Shown piece after piece: positions 24,914-32,000 of a DNA stretch of 32,000 nucleotides; the stretch's first letter is position 1, and each line of letters starts with the position of its first letter. The notes beneath the pieces were generated by a model. That model saw only the letters and a list, made by a program, of their open reading frames with translations, had not been told where the DNA came from and made no database searches. Position numbers and translations under genes: made by a program. The stretch is from Candidatus Saccharimonadota bacterium (GTDB lineage: Bacteria; Patescibacteriota; Gracilibacteria; UBA4473): the NCBI GenBank assembly GCA_030429505.1, contig JAUIFI010000001.1, positions 270,001 through 302,000 on the forward strand, given 5' to 3'.

Positions 24914-26329
24914 ATGAAAACACAATTTCCTTCTCAATGGCTTGAACGTATGAAAGCTATTATTCCATCAGATGAATGGGAATTATTTTTAAAATCTTGT
25001 ACTAAACCACTCCCAAAAACATTTTGGAAAAAAAAAGAAATCACTCTTCCACAAGATTGGAACATAAAAAAGGCACAAAAAATTCCGGAGGCTTACTTTT
25101 TTCAAAACAAAAATTTGGATACCCCACTTGGAAAAACTCTTTCTCATTTTTGCGGACATATATATCTCTCAAGTTTAAGCTCTATGCTAGCAGTCCATGT
25201 ACTCGATCCGCAACCGGGAGAAGTGATAGTCGATACATGCGCCGCTCCAGGATCTAAAACTACACTTTTATCTGAAAGAATGAACAATACTGGCGTTATC
25301 ATAGCCAATGAAATCGATCGTCGCCGAATAAATATATTACAAGACAATATCAACCGTTTAGGTGTACAAAATACAATTCTCTCACAAAAAGATGCAAGGA
25401 ATATAGATCAATATTTTGGAGAAGAGGTTGATAGAGTTTTAGTTGATGCTCCTTGTAGTAATGATGCACATGGTCGAAAAAATTCTAAATTTTACGGTAA
25501 TATATGGAATGAATCTGACATTAAGAAGGCTTCAAAACAGCAAGAAAAACTTATTAAATCCGCCTTCTCAATTCTTCGTGAGGGAGGAGAAATGGTTTAT
25601 AGCACCTGTACATTGGCTCCAGAAGAAAATGAATCGATCATACAAAATTTTCTTTCCCAAGAAAAAAATGCTGAAATACTACCTATTGATCTTGGAAACA
25701 TTCCTCACCATAAAGGAATAGATCACTTTCTTGATACAAAATATAACACAGAGATCACACAAAACGTAAAACGTCTCTATCCACATCTATGTGATACACA
25801 ATGGGAATCAGAATGTTTTTTTCTCGCGCGAATCCGAAAAAAATCTCTACAAAAAAGACCATTTCCAAAACTTCAAACTCATACAGGTTTTAAAATACTC
25901 AAAAAAAATAGAGCTGCAGAAATCATTACCCGCATTCAAAAACAGTTTGGTATTAATAAATCTATATTTCAAAAAAAAATTCTGATAGAACATCAGGATG
26001 ATATTTTTCTGTGCTCACCCGACATCACAAATCAATTGAAAAAAGTACCTGTTATTACGGCAGGCTTAAAAATATATAATAGAATCAAAGGTATCACGAC
26101 AGAATTTGCTCTTCATATTGGCACAGAAGCAACAAAACAAATACTTCAAATAGATAAATCTCAAAAAGAAAAATTTCTTTATGGCTACGACCTAAATATA
26201 CCTTCAGATAAGCAATGGACACAAGGGCAAGAGATTATAATAAAATATAAAAATTATCCCCTTGGGCACGGAAAAATAGTAAACGGAAAAATAAAAAACA
26301 AGTTGCGTTCTAATCTTGTTTACAAGTGA
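24914..26329 (+). CDS. rsmF: 16S rRNA m5C methyltransferase, NOL1/NOP2/Sun family (RsmF/RsmB-like)
   Basis: The motifs are VDTCAAPGSKTT (SAM motif), DAPCS (catalytic Cys motif IV) and YSTCTLAPEENE (motif VI Cys). The N-terminus FPSQWLERMKAIIPSDEWELFLKSC resembles RsmF. I take the ATG at 24914 as the start; the track uses a TTG at 24905. Confidence 0.88.
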   Translation: MKTQFPSQWLERMKAIIPSDEWELFLKSCTKPLPKTFWKKKEITLPQDWNIKKAQKIPEAYFFQNKNLDTPLGKTLSHFCGHIYLSSLSSMLAVHVLDPQPGEVIVDTCAAPGSKTTLLSERMNNTGVIIANEIDRRRINILQDNINRLGVQNTILSQKDARNIDQYFGEEVDRVLVDAPCSNDAHGRKNSKFYGNIWNESDIKKASKQQEKLIKSAFSILREGGEMVYSTCTLAPEENESIIQNFLSQEKNAEILPIDLGNIPHHKGIDHFLDTKYNTEITQNVKRLYPHLCDTQWESECFFLARIRKKSLQKRPFPKLQTHTGFKILKKNRAAEIITRIQKQFGINKSIFQKKILIEHQDDIFLCSPDITNQLKKVPVITAGLKIYNRIKGITTEFALHIGTEATKQILQIDKSQKEKFLYGYDLNIPSDKQWTQGQEIIIKYKNYPLGHGKIVNGKIKNKLRSNLVYK

Positions 26330-26988
26330 TTCTTATTGTTTTCTTTTTCTTCTTCTTTATGAAAACCAAAGATAAGAAATTCAATAAAACTCATAATCAT
26401 TAGACCTCCAGCATTTATACCAAACAAAAGTAGGGCATTTTGAAATGTTTCAATACCTCCAAAGGCCAGGCTTACCCCAGATACAGAAAGCGGTGGCGCG
26501 AGCGAGAGCGTAATAGCTACACCTGAAATTCGATTGTAAATTTTTTGTGAAGCGAGAGCCATAGCTCCTACGGCTCCGGCAAAGAGGGCTATCAATACCT
26601 CAGGGACCCCAATAGGAACGGAGGCGATGAGTGAATCAGATGTATGAATATCACGAAATAAAAAACCCATTACAAATGATATACTCCAAAATGCTATTAC
26701 CCCTGAAATTACTCTCATCAAAGACTTGAAAAGTAATTGTTTTTTGCGAGTTACCATAGATAAAGCAATACCTACAAAAGGAGTCATTAACGGTGCAATA
26801 ATCATAGCTCCAATCACAATAGCTTGGTTTCCACGTAAGAGACCAAGGCTAGCTATACATCCAGCAAGCAAAGTAAGTACCAAAAAAATGCTCATATGCA
26901 ACATATCATTCTGGAACTCCTCAATAGCTTTATCCTGTCTGTGACGAGCTTTGAAGTCAGCGTAAAAATTTCTCACACTATGAAACAT
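26320..26988 (-). CDS. DUF389-like integral membrane protein
   Basis: It is polytopic and hydrophobic, with IGAMIIAPLMTPFVGIAL resembling the DUF389/TIGR00341 signature. I prefer the ATG (complement of 26986-26988); the track starts one codon earlier at a TTG. The 3' end overlaps rsmF by 10 nt in convergent orientation. Confidence 0.75.
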   Translation of the reverse strand: MFHSVRNFYADFKARHRQDKAIEEFQNDMLHMSIFLVLTLLAGCIASLGLLRGNQAIVIGAMIIAPLMTPFVGIALSMVTRKKQLLFKSLMRVISGVIAFWSISFVMGFLFRDIHTSDSLIASVPIGVPEVLIALFAGAVGAMALASQKIYNRISGVAITLSLAPPLSVSGVSLAFGGIETFQNALLLFGINAGGLMIMSFIEFLIFGFHKEEEKENNKNHL

Positions 26989-27358
26989 CAACCAAATTGT
27001 ACAGGAAACATAAAAAAATAGAAAAATGTTGTTAAGATTTACAAAATTTTTGAGAAATTTTATTAAAATTTAATTTTATTTTAATTATAATTGCGACATG
27101 CGTAATTCATTTTTTCCTAACATAAAAGAAAAAATAAATGGTGATTTATAAAAATATAAAAATTAAGAATATCTTGATAGAAAAAGAAATTTTTACTTTT
27201 AAGGGATGGATTTGTCACTATAAAATGAGAATTTTTTCTTGCAAACTATGTCCTGAAAATAGAATTTCAAAGAACCAGGAAGATGATTTCTCTCTTTTTG
27301 AGGAAGTTGATTTTTTAGAGAAAGTATTTACTTTCGAAAAGATTAGTACTTGCTTCCT

Positions 27359-28048
27359 ATGCTTTGTTTTCAAGAACCTGTCACGAAAGAAGCCAAAGAG
27401 CACATATCATCCATCTTCCATCGAATGCAAACTTCACTCAGCATTATCGCAGGATATGCAGATTTAATCTGCCTAGATCCACAAGACGAAAATAATAGAA
27501 ACACCTTGCATCAAGAGATAAAATATCTTTCTTCTCTCTTTACAAGAATCCAAAACGCAAATGCTTTGCAAAATCAAGAAAACCAGTCTTACCAAAAAGT
27601 TAGCATTACCTCATTTATAAAAAATATATACGAAAAATTTTCTTCAATAAATAAGCACCATGAGTTTTCATTTTCTTCAGAAATACAACATGAAATATTC
27701 GTAAAAATTCTTCCGACGGAATGTGAAGAAATTACTCGAATTCTTTTAGACAACGCTTTTAAGTACACTCTACCTAAAAATAAGATTAAAATCACTCTTT
27801 CTTTATCAGATAAAAATGTGATAGTTTCAATAAGAAATGAAGGTGTTGGTATTTCTAGAGAAGATCAAAAATATATTTTCGATATGTTTTTCCGAGGGAA
27901 AATAGAAAATAAGGTATTAGGGTGGGGGATCGGACTATCAATCGCCAAAAGTTTCGCAGACCTTCAGGGACTCACCCTGGAAGTACAAAGCGATGAAAAA
28001 AGCTATGTTGATTTTTTGTTAGCTATTCCTAATTATTCTCTATCTTAA
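27359..28048 (+). CDS. histidine kinase consisting only of DHp + HATPase_c (no TM or sensor domain)
   Basis: The H-box SSIFHRMQTSLSII aligns to SHELRTPL, with the His codon at 27419-27421. Also present are the N-box ILLDNAFKYT, G1 RNEGVGIS, F IFDMFFRG and G2 GWGIGLSIA. A stop codon at 27344-27346 in this frame prevents any N-terminal extension. The start is the ATG at 27359 or the TTG at 27350. Confidence 0.85.
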   Translation: MLCFQEPVTKEAKEHISSIFHRMQTSLSIIAGYADLICLDPQDENNRNTLHQEIKYLSSLFTRIQNANALQNQENQSYQKVSITSFIKNIYEKFSSINKHHEFSFSSEIQHEIFVKILPTECEEITRILLDNAFKYTLPKNKIKITLSLSDKNVIVSIRNEGVGISREDQKYIFDMFFRGKIENKVLGWGIGLSIAKSFADLQGLTLEVQSDEKSYVDFLLAIPNYSLS

Positions 28049-28053
28049 ACATC

Positions 28054-28737
28054 ATGAATGTTCTAGTTGCCGATGATGACAAACGAATCATAAAAATGCT
28101 TTCCAAGATTTTAGTGGGAGAACATTTTACGGTTGATACTGCCTTAGATGGAAAAGAGGCATTTGAAAAAGCAAAAACAAAAAAGTATGAACTAATTGTA
28201 CTCGATCTAATGATGCCCAAAAAATCAGGTTTTGACATTATCAAAGCACTAAGAGTATTGAAAGTATCTACTCCTATTCTTGTTATTTCAGCTCGATTAC
28301 TCGTGGAGGATAGAGTTTATGCTTTAAATCTTGGGGCAGACGATTATCTTGTTAAAAATTTTGCACTCAAAGAATTTGTCGCTCGAGCGAAAAGCCTTAT
28401 TCGAAGAAGTGCCAACAAAAGTACAAATATTCTTCGTTGTGGAGATTTGGTTGTCAATTTTTCGGATATGATGGTCTATAGGAAACAATCACCAATCTAC
28501 CTTTCTAAAAAGGAATTTAACATCCTAATGGTACTTCTAAAAAAGAAGAATGCTATCGTTACTCGAGAAGAATTAATTCAATCAGTCTGGGGAAAAGATA
28601 TGGACAAAGTGCCATCTAATACACTTGATGTGCATATTCGATTTTTACGCAAAAAAATATCTCTACCCAGCGACAAGAAAAATCTTATCCGTACTTTTCG
28701 AGGAAGAGGATATATGCTTACCGATTCTCAGAAATAA
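28054..28737 (+). CDS. OmpR/PhoB-family response regulator (REC + winged-helix)
   Basis: The receiver-domain elements are VLVADDD, LIVLDLMMP (phospho-acceptor Asp), VISA and DDYLVKNF. The C-terminal trans_reg_C elements are LSKKEFNILMVLL and RGRGYML. Confidence 0.93.
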   Translation: MNVLVADDDKRIIKMLSKILVGEHFTVDTALDGKEAFEKAKTKKYELIVLDLMMPKKSGFDIIKALRVLKVSTPILVISARLLVEDRVYALNLGADDYLVKNFALKEFVARAKSLIRRSANKSTNILRCGDLVVNFSDMMVYRKQSPIYLSKKEFNILMVLLKKKNAIVTREELIQSVWGKDMDKVPSNTLDVHIRFLRKKISLPSDKKNLIRTFRGRGYMLTDSQK

Positions 28738-28801
28738 AAATACCTTGTAAAAGGAAAGAAGCGAAGAAGAAGGTTAACTGAAAGTGAAATATGGGAGGGG
28801 C

Positions 28802-28834
28802 CTTTTCTTTTTTTTTTCAAAAAAAAGAAAAAAG
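28802..28834. repeat. A/T-only inverted repeat (possible bidirectional terminator) after the response regulator
   Basis: CTTTTCTTTTTTTTTTC is followed by AAAAAAAAGAAAAAAG. The arms are near-complementary with a 1-2 nt bulge and are preceded by the GC-rich GGGAGGGGCC. Confidence 0.4.
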
Positions 28835-28867
28835 ATAGAAGCCTCTTAATCGTAATTCATATAAGTT

Positions 28868-29350
28868 ATGAAAAATGCTTTTCCAGCTTCACGGTCTTTA
28901 ACTATACTAATTATAATACTAATAATTGGACTTATCACTTACTTATTTTCAGATAAGTCAGCAGACGATATATTGCCGAACCTAAAAACAACAGTAACAG
29001 AGACTGATTCAGATGGAGATGGTATGGGAGATAGTTTTGAACTTGCCTATACAGATCCATCCTCTGCTACTGCTTTATCTCCTACAGCAGACAACGATAG
29101 TGATACATTTTCAAATCTCCATGAATGTAGAAATCGCATGAATCCACTAGTATCTGACACGGATTCAGATAGTGATGGTATGCCAGATATATTCGAACTT
29201 GCCTATACAAATCCGAGTTCTCCAACCTCGTTAGTAGCAACAGGAGATCCTGATGGTGATACATTTAGTAGCCTAATAGAGTTTCAGGCAGGGCAGAATC
29301 CAATAATATATAATGTCACCTTGGAAAGTGATATTTGTGATGCTATCTAA
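28868..29350 (+). CDS. membrane-anchored/secreted protein with duplicated acidic DxDxDG-type Ca-binding motifs (dockerin/thrombospondin-type-3-like)
   Basis: The N-terminal anchor is LTILIIILIIGLITYLF. Two 52-aa repeats follow, each with DSDGDGMGDSFELAYT or DSDSDGMPDIFELAYT and then DNDSDTFSNL or DPDGDTFSSL, ending in an NP motif. Confidence 0.75.
   Translation: MKNAFPASRSLTILIIILIIGLITYLFSDKSADDILPNLKTTVTETDSDGDGMGDSFELAYTDPSSATALSPTADNDSDTFSNLHECRNRMNPLVSDTDSDSDGMPDIFELAYTNPSSPTSLVATGDPDGDTFSSLIEFQAGQNPIIYNVTLESDICDAI
29006..29317 (+). repeat. intragenic tandem duplication, 2 x 156 nt
   Basis: Copy 1 starts with GATTCAGATGGAGATGGTATG at 29006 and copy 2 with GATTCAGATAGTGATGGTATG at 29162. 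Both contain TTCGAACTTGCCTATACA-type and GATACATTT segments. The repeat is in frame (52 aa each). Confidence 0.8.
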
Positions 29351-29412
29351 ATATTGACAGATGGATATTAAGATGTTATGAGTATACCATTTAACATCTG
29401 CTTTGAATCACT

Positions 29413-31980
29413 ATGTCTCTAGAAAACGAAAAAAGTACTTTAGATATTGAACAATTAAGCCTGCCGGAGTTAGCTCAAAATTTAGAATCATTCTTTTTGG
29501 TTCCACCAGAACCAGATGAGCCTAAAATAGCATCCTTTTTAGGAATCCAAGAAGAAGATATAGAAGAATGGAGGTATTTATTACCGGATATTGCAAAACT
29601 AAACCCAGATGCAATGAAGCGCTCATTAGCAAAAATTGACGCTGAAAAAAATAGTTATCGTTCTGCTTTCTTTCTCATGCTTATGATAAAAGCTTGTCCC
29701 GAAGATAGGATTGATATATGGCCAGCTCTCTTGAAAAAAGCGCACAACATATTACTGAATGATAGCAAAATGGCTCAAGCCCAATATGAGCTTAACGAGC
29801 AAAATGAGATTTTACAAAGATATAAAGACAAAAAAGATAGTACAACAGATATAAACCCTGAATACCAACAAATAATCAAAGAAGCAGAAGAAATTATAAA
29901 AGAAAATAATAAATTTATATATCGCTTTCAATTGGTAGAATTTTACCTTCTTGAAAAGAGCTTTGTTGCTTCTTTTAAATATGATCATGACTATTCTCAG
30001 GCGAGAGCGATTCTTAAGCGGCAAGAAACTTTAAAGGAATCACTAGGTGATAATATACCTCATGCATTAAAAGATCCTTTCCTTTTTCACTCTCTGTTAG
30101 TATCAAAAGAGTTCCACTATAAAGATAAAATAAAGCTTTCAAATCAATTTTTACAAAATTTATCAACATTACCAATACTGCATCATAACAAAGTGGCATT
30201 TTTGGCTATGCTCATTTCTTCATTAGAACCAAAGTTAGCTCATTTTTTATCAAGTAAAATTTTAGAAGCTTATAGAAAGTTTCAAAAACAAGAAGAAGAA
30301 TCCTCATCTGACCCTATTGTGAATTTCTTTTACTCAATTCGAGAAGAAAAACGCCAAAAAAATCAAGAAAAGTACTATAAAAGAATTTGGGCCGCATGGC
30401 TGGAAAGCCATCCGGATAAAGAGAGTGAAGAGTATAAAGAAGAGAAAAAAGAACTCCAAAATTCTATAGATAGTTTTGAGGATGCATTCCTGTTTGCTTC
30501 TGTATTGAAGGTAGAAGGATGTGAATTACATATTAAAAATAGAGTGGATGAGGCTATAAAAATGTATAGAGATTGTGGTATGAATTTTCCCGAAGCTGAA
30601 ACACAAATAGAAATGATTTTGGAATTTTTTGATGAACTGTCCCAAAAGGATAAAAAGAACTTATTTTTACAAAGTTGGAGAATAATTGAAAAAGCCCTTG
30701 GAACTCGAATATGGGGGCAATTGTCAAGTCTGCAATCTCAGGAAGAGGTGGACATAGTAGCAGAAAGCTTTACATCTCAAATAAAATCTTTAATTGAAGA
30801 TTCAATTGTTTCCTCTCGAGAGATTTTAAGAGATAACGAATTTTCACCTTTTTCAAACTTATCACGATATATAAATAATCTTTTCAAGGCAATGATGCTA
30901 CTCTTTGGAGGTGAAGGAGATAGATTAGAAGTTTTGTTTAAAAGAGCAGATAGAGAATATAACCTTCTGTATGATTCTAATCGGATTGTAAAATTAGAAG
31001 AAGCAAAACAAAGACTGAAAAATCCAGAGAACCATCTAGAACTTTCTCAAAAAATTAAAAAGATCTTTGATATCAATAATATTAGTATTGTTTCTTTAGG
31101 AGATTCCACTATCAGTAATGATTTTCATCAAATTGCAGAAAAAGTTGTTTCTGAAAATGAGATGCATTCTGAGTCAGATGTAATAGAGAGTTCTCCGACA
31201 TATGGAATATGGAAAGAAGTCACCTTCATACCTATTAAAAATAAAGAAGAAGTATTAATCTTAAAAACCCAAAGAAAATTGTTTACAGAAGAAAAGCTCA
31301 TTATTCAGGCAGCCATAAACCAAGAAGACCTAGATATATCAGTTTTTGCGCTTCGACATTTGCAAGAAGAGACGGTTAATGATTCAGATTTATCTGAGAC
31401 TCAACGGGAAGAAAATGAAGAGTTATATGTTACTGGAACTGGTCGGAGACCCGTCGGATATAAAAGACCTAATCCTAGAAAATTTTGGAGACGTATTATT
31501 GATAAAGATACTGAAACATTGATGACGGCAGTAAGCGTATCTCCTCTAACAGATTTTTCTATTGCTTTTGTTTATGCTGGGATTCCAAAAGAACAAGCTC
31601 AATCGTACCTTGCAAATACGTTTGGTATAGATATAGAAGAATGTAGCTACGCAGGGGATTTATCAATTAATAATGCGAAAAGAAAAACATTATTTCCAAA
31701 GATTAGTCATGCTTGTGGAAAATTATCTCTTGAACTAGGAAAAAAGTATGTAGTAATGAGTGCTCACCTCTCTGTTATACAAAGTCTGCAAAGAGTTATT
31801 GGTCGCGAGAATTTGCGTATAATAAGCGGTGAAGTACTGAGTTTGGATCAAAAATTGAAAATTCTGATTCAAGATCATGGCTGGAAAGAAAGTTTTGCGA
31901 AAGAATCTCTTGATTTATACACTCATCAAAACTCTGCTATCATTCTAGTGGAAGCAGAAAAGCTTTCTGAAGTTATTTAA
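29413..31980 (+). CDS. large hypothetical protein, 855 aa, no recognisable domain
   Basis: A long uninterrupted ORF that looks mostly helical and is Glu/Lys-rich, with no signal peptide or TM segment. The last ~190 aa look more globular (GTGRRPVGYKRPNPRKFW ... KYVVMSAHLSVIQSLQRVIG...LRIISGEVLSLDQKLKILIQ). Confidence 0.8.
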   Translation: MSLENEKSTLDIEQLSLPELAQNLESFFLVPPEPDEPKIASFLGIQEEDIEEWRYLLPDIAKLNPDAMKRSLAKIDAEKNSYRSAFFLMLMIKACPEDRIDIWPALLKKAHNILLNDSKMAQAQYELNEQNEILQRYKDKKDSTTDINPEYQQIIKEAEEIIKENNKFIYRFQLVEFYLLEKSFVASFKYDHDYSQARAILKRQETLKESLGDNIPHALKDPFLFHSLLVSKEFHYKDKIKLSNQFLQNLSTLPILHHNKVAFLAMLISSLEPKLAHFLSSKILEAYRKFQKQEEESSSDPIVNFFYSIREEKRQKNQEKYYKRIWAAWLESHPDKESEEYKEEKKELQNSIDSFEDAFLFASVLKVEGCELHIKNRVDEAIKMYRDCGMNFPEAETQIEMILEFFDELSQKDKKNLFLQSWRIIEKALGTRIWGQLSSLQSQEEVDIVAESFTSQIKSLIEDSIVSSREILRDNEFSPFSNLSRYINNLFKAMMLLFGGEGDRLEVLFKRADREYNLLYDSNRIVKLEEAKQRLKNPENHLELSQKIKKIFDINNISIVSLGDSTISNDFHQIAEKVVSENEMHSESDVIESSPTYGIWKEVTFIPIKNKEEVLILKTQRKLFTEEKLIIQAAINQEDLDISVFALRHLQEETVNDSDLSETQREENEELYVTGTGRRPVGYKRPNPRKFWRRIIDKDTETLMTAVSVSPLTDFSIAFVYAGIPKEQAQSYLANTFGIDIEECSYAGDLSINNAKRKTLFPKISHACGKLSLELGKKYVVMSAHLSVIQSLQRVIGRENLRIISGEVLSLDQKLKILIQDHGWKESFAKESLDLYTHQNSAIILVEAEKLSEVI

Positions 31981-32000
31981 TTTTATATTATGTTCATTCA

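Noticed and set aside
27055-27071. A perfect 17-bp A/T palindrome, AAATTTTA-T-TAAAATTT, in the DUF389/HK intergenic region as an operator.
   Set aside because: It is composed only of A and T in a region that is almost entirely A/T, so chance palindromes of this kind are expected. It has no informative half-site.
1-32000. Alternative genetic code (UGA recoded, as in some candidate phyla).
   Set aside because: Conserved genes (pcrA, sufB, sufC, folD, pyk, pilD, rsmF) are full length without in-frame TGA. Pyruvate kinase terminates on TGA at its expected length, so the standard bacterial code fits.
1-32000. A mobile element, prophage, CRISPR-Cas locus or rRNA operon in the window.
   Set aside because: I found no integrase, transposase, recombinase, Cas or phage structural motifs in any frame. 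There are no terminal inverted repeats or duplicated tRNA 3' ends, no spacer-repeat array, and no rRNA-like sequence.

Overview
The window is a compact, gene-dense, low-GC bacterial chromosome segment that uses the standard genetic code. Conserved genes are intact, and pyruvate kinase ends on TGA at a normal length. Recognisable housekeeping genes are: a partial rlmD-type rRNA methyltransferase, an O-methyltransferase, pcrA/uvrD, sufC-sufB-short sufD, a 6-TM K+ channel, folD, tmk, pyk, pilD prepilin peptidase, holA, tsaE, a cold-shock protein, an RsmF/RsmB-type m5C methyltransferase, a DUF389-like membrane protein and an HK/OmpR-type two-component pair. tRNA-Ile(GAU) and tRNA-Phe(GAA) both encode their CCA ends. 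Between these lie orphan genes with no domain I can recognise: 523 aa, an 85+364 aa overlapping pair, a small Arg-rich 85-aa protein, a 1297-aa acidic giant and an 855-aa protein. The gene packing, scarce Shine-Dalgarno sequences, truncated SufD and many large orphan proteins suggest a streamlined, possibly CPR/Patescibacteria-like organism, but that is inference only. I see no CRISPR array, integrase, transposase or rRNA. The most interesting items are: (1) a consensus promoter driving a ~200-nt, ~50% GC, visibly structured RNA fused upstream of tRNA-Ile; (2) a MORN-repeat lipoprotein carrying an embedded 4-Cys Kazal-like domain; (3) a perfect TGTGA-N6-TCACA palindrome placed to act on a promoter upstream of the 1297-aa acidic orphan, which overlaps rsmF; (4) an overlapping 85/364-aa membrane-anchored cassette beside tRNA-Ile; (5) a sensor-less histidine kinase/RR pair followed by a duplicated Ca-binding secreted protein and an 855-aa orphan; (6) a Kv-type channel with a C-terminal zinc ribbon and an apparently leaderless promoter. 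None of these could be verified by database search here.
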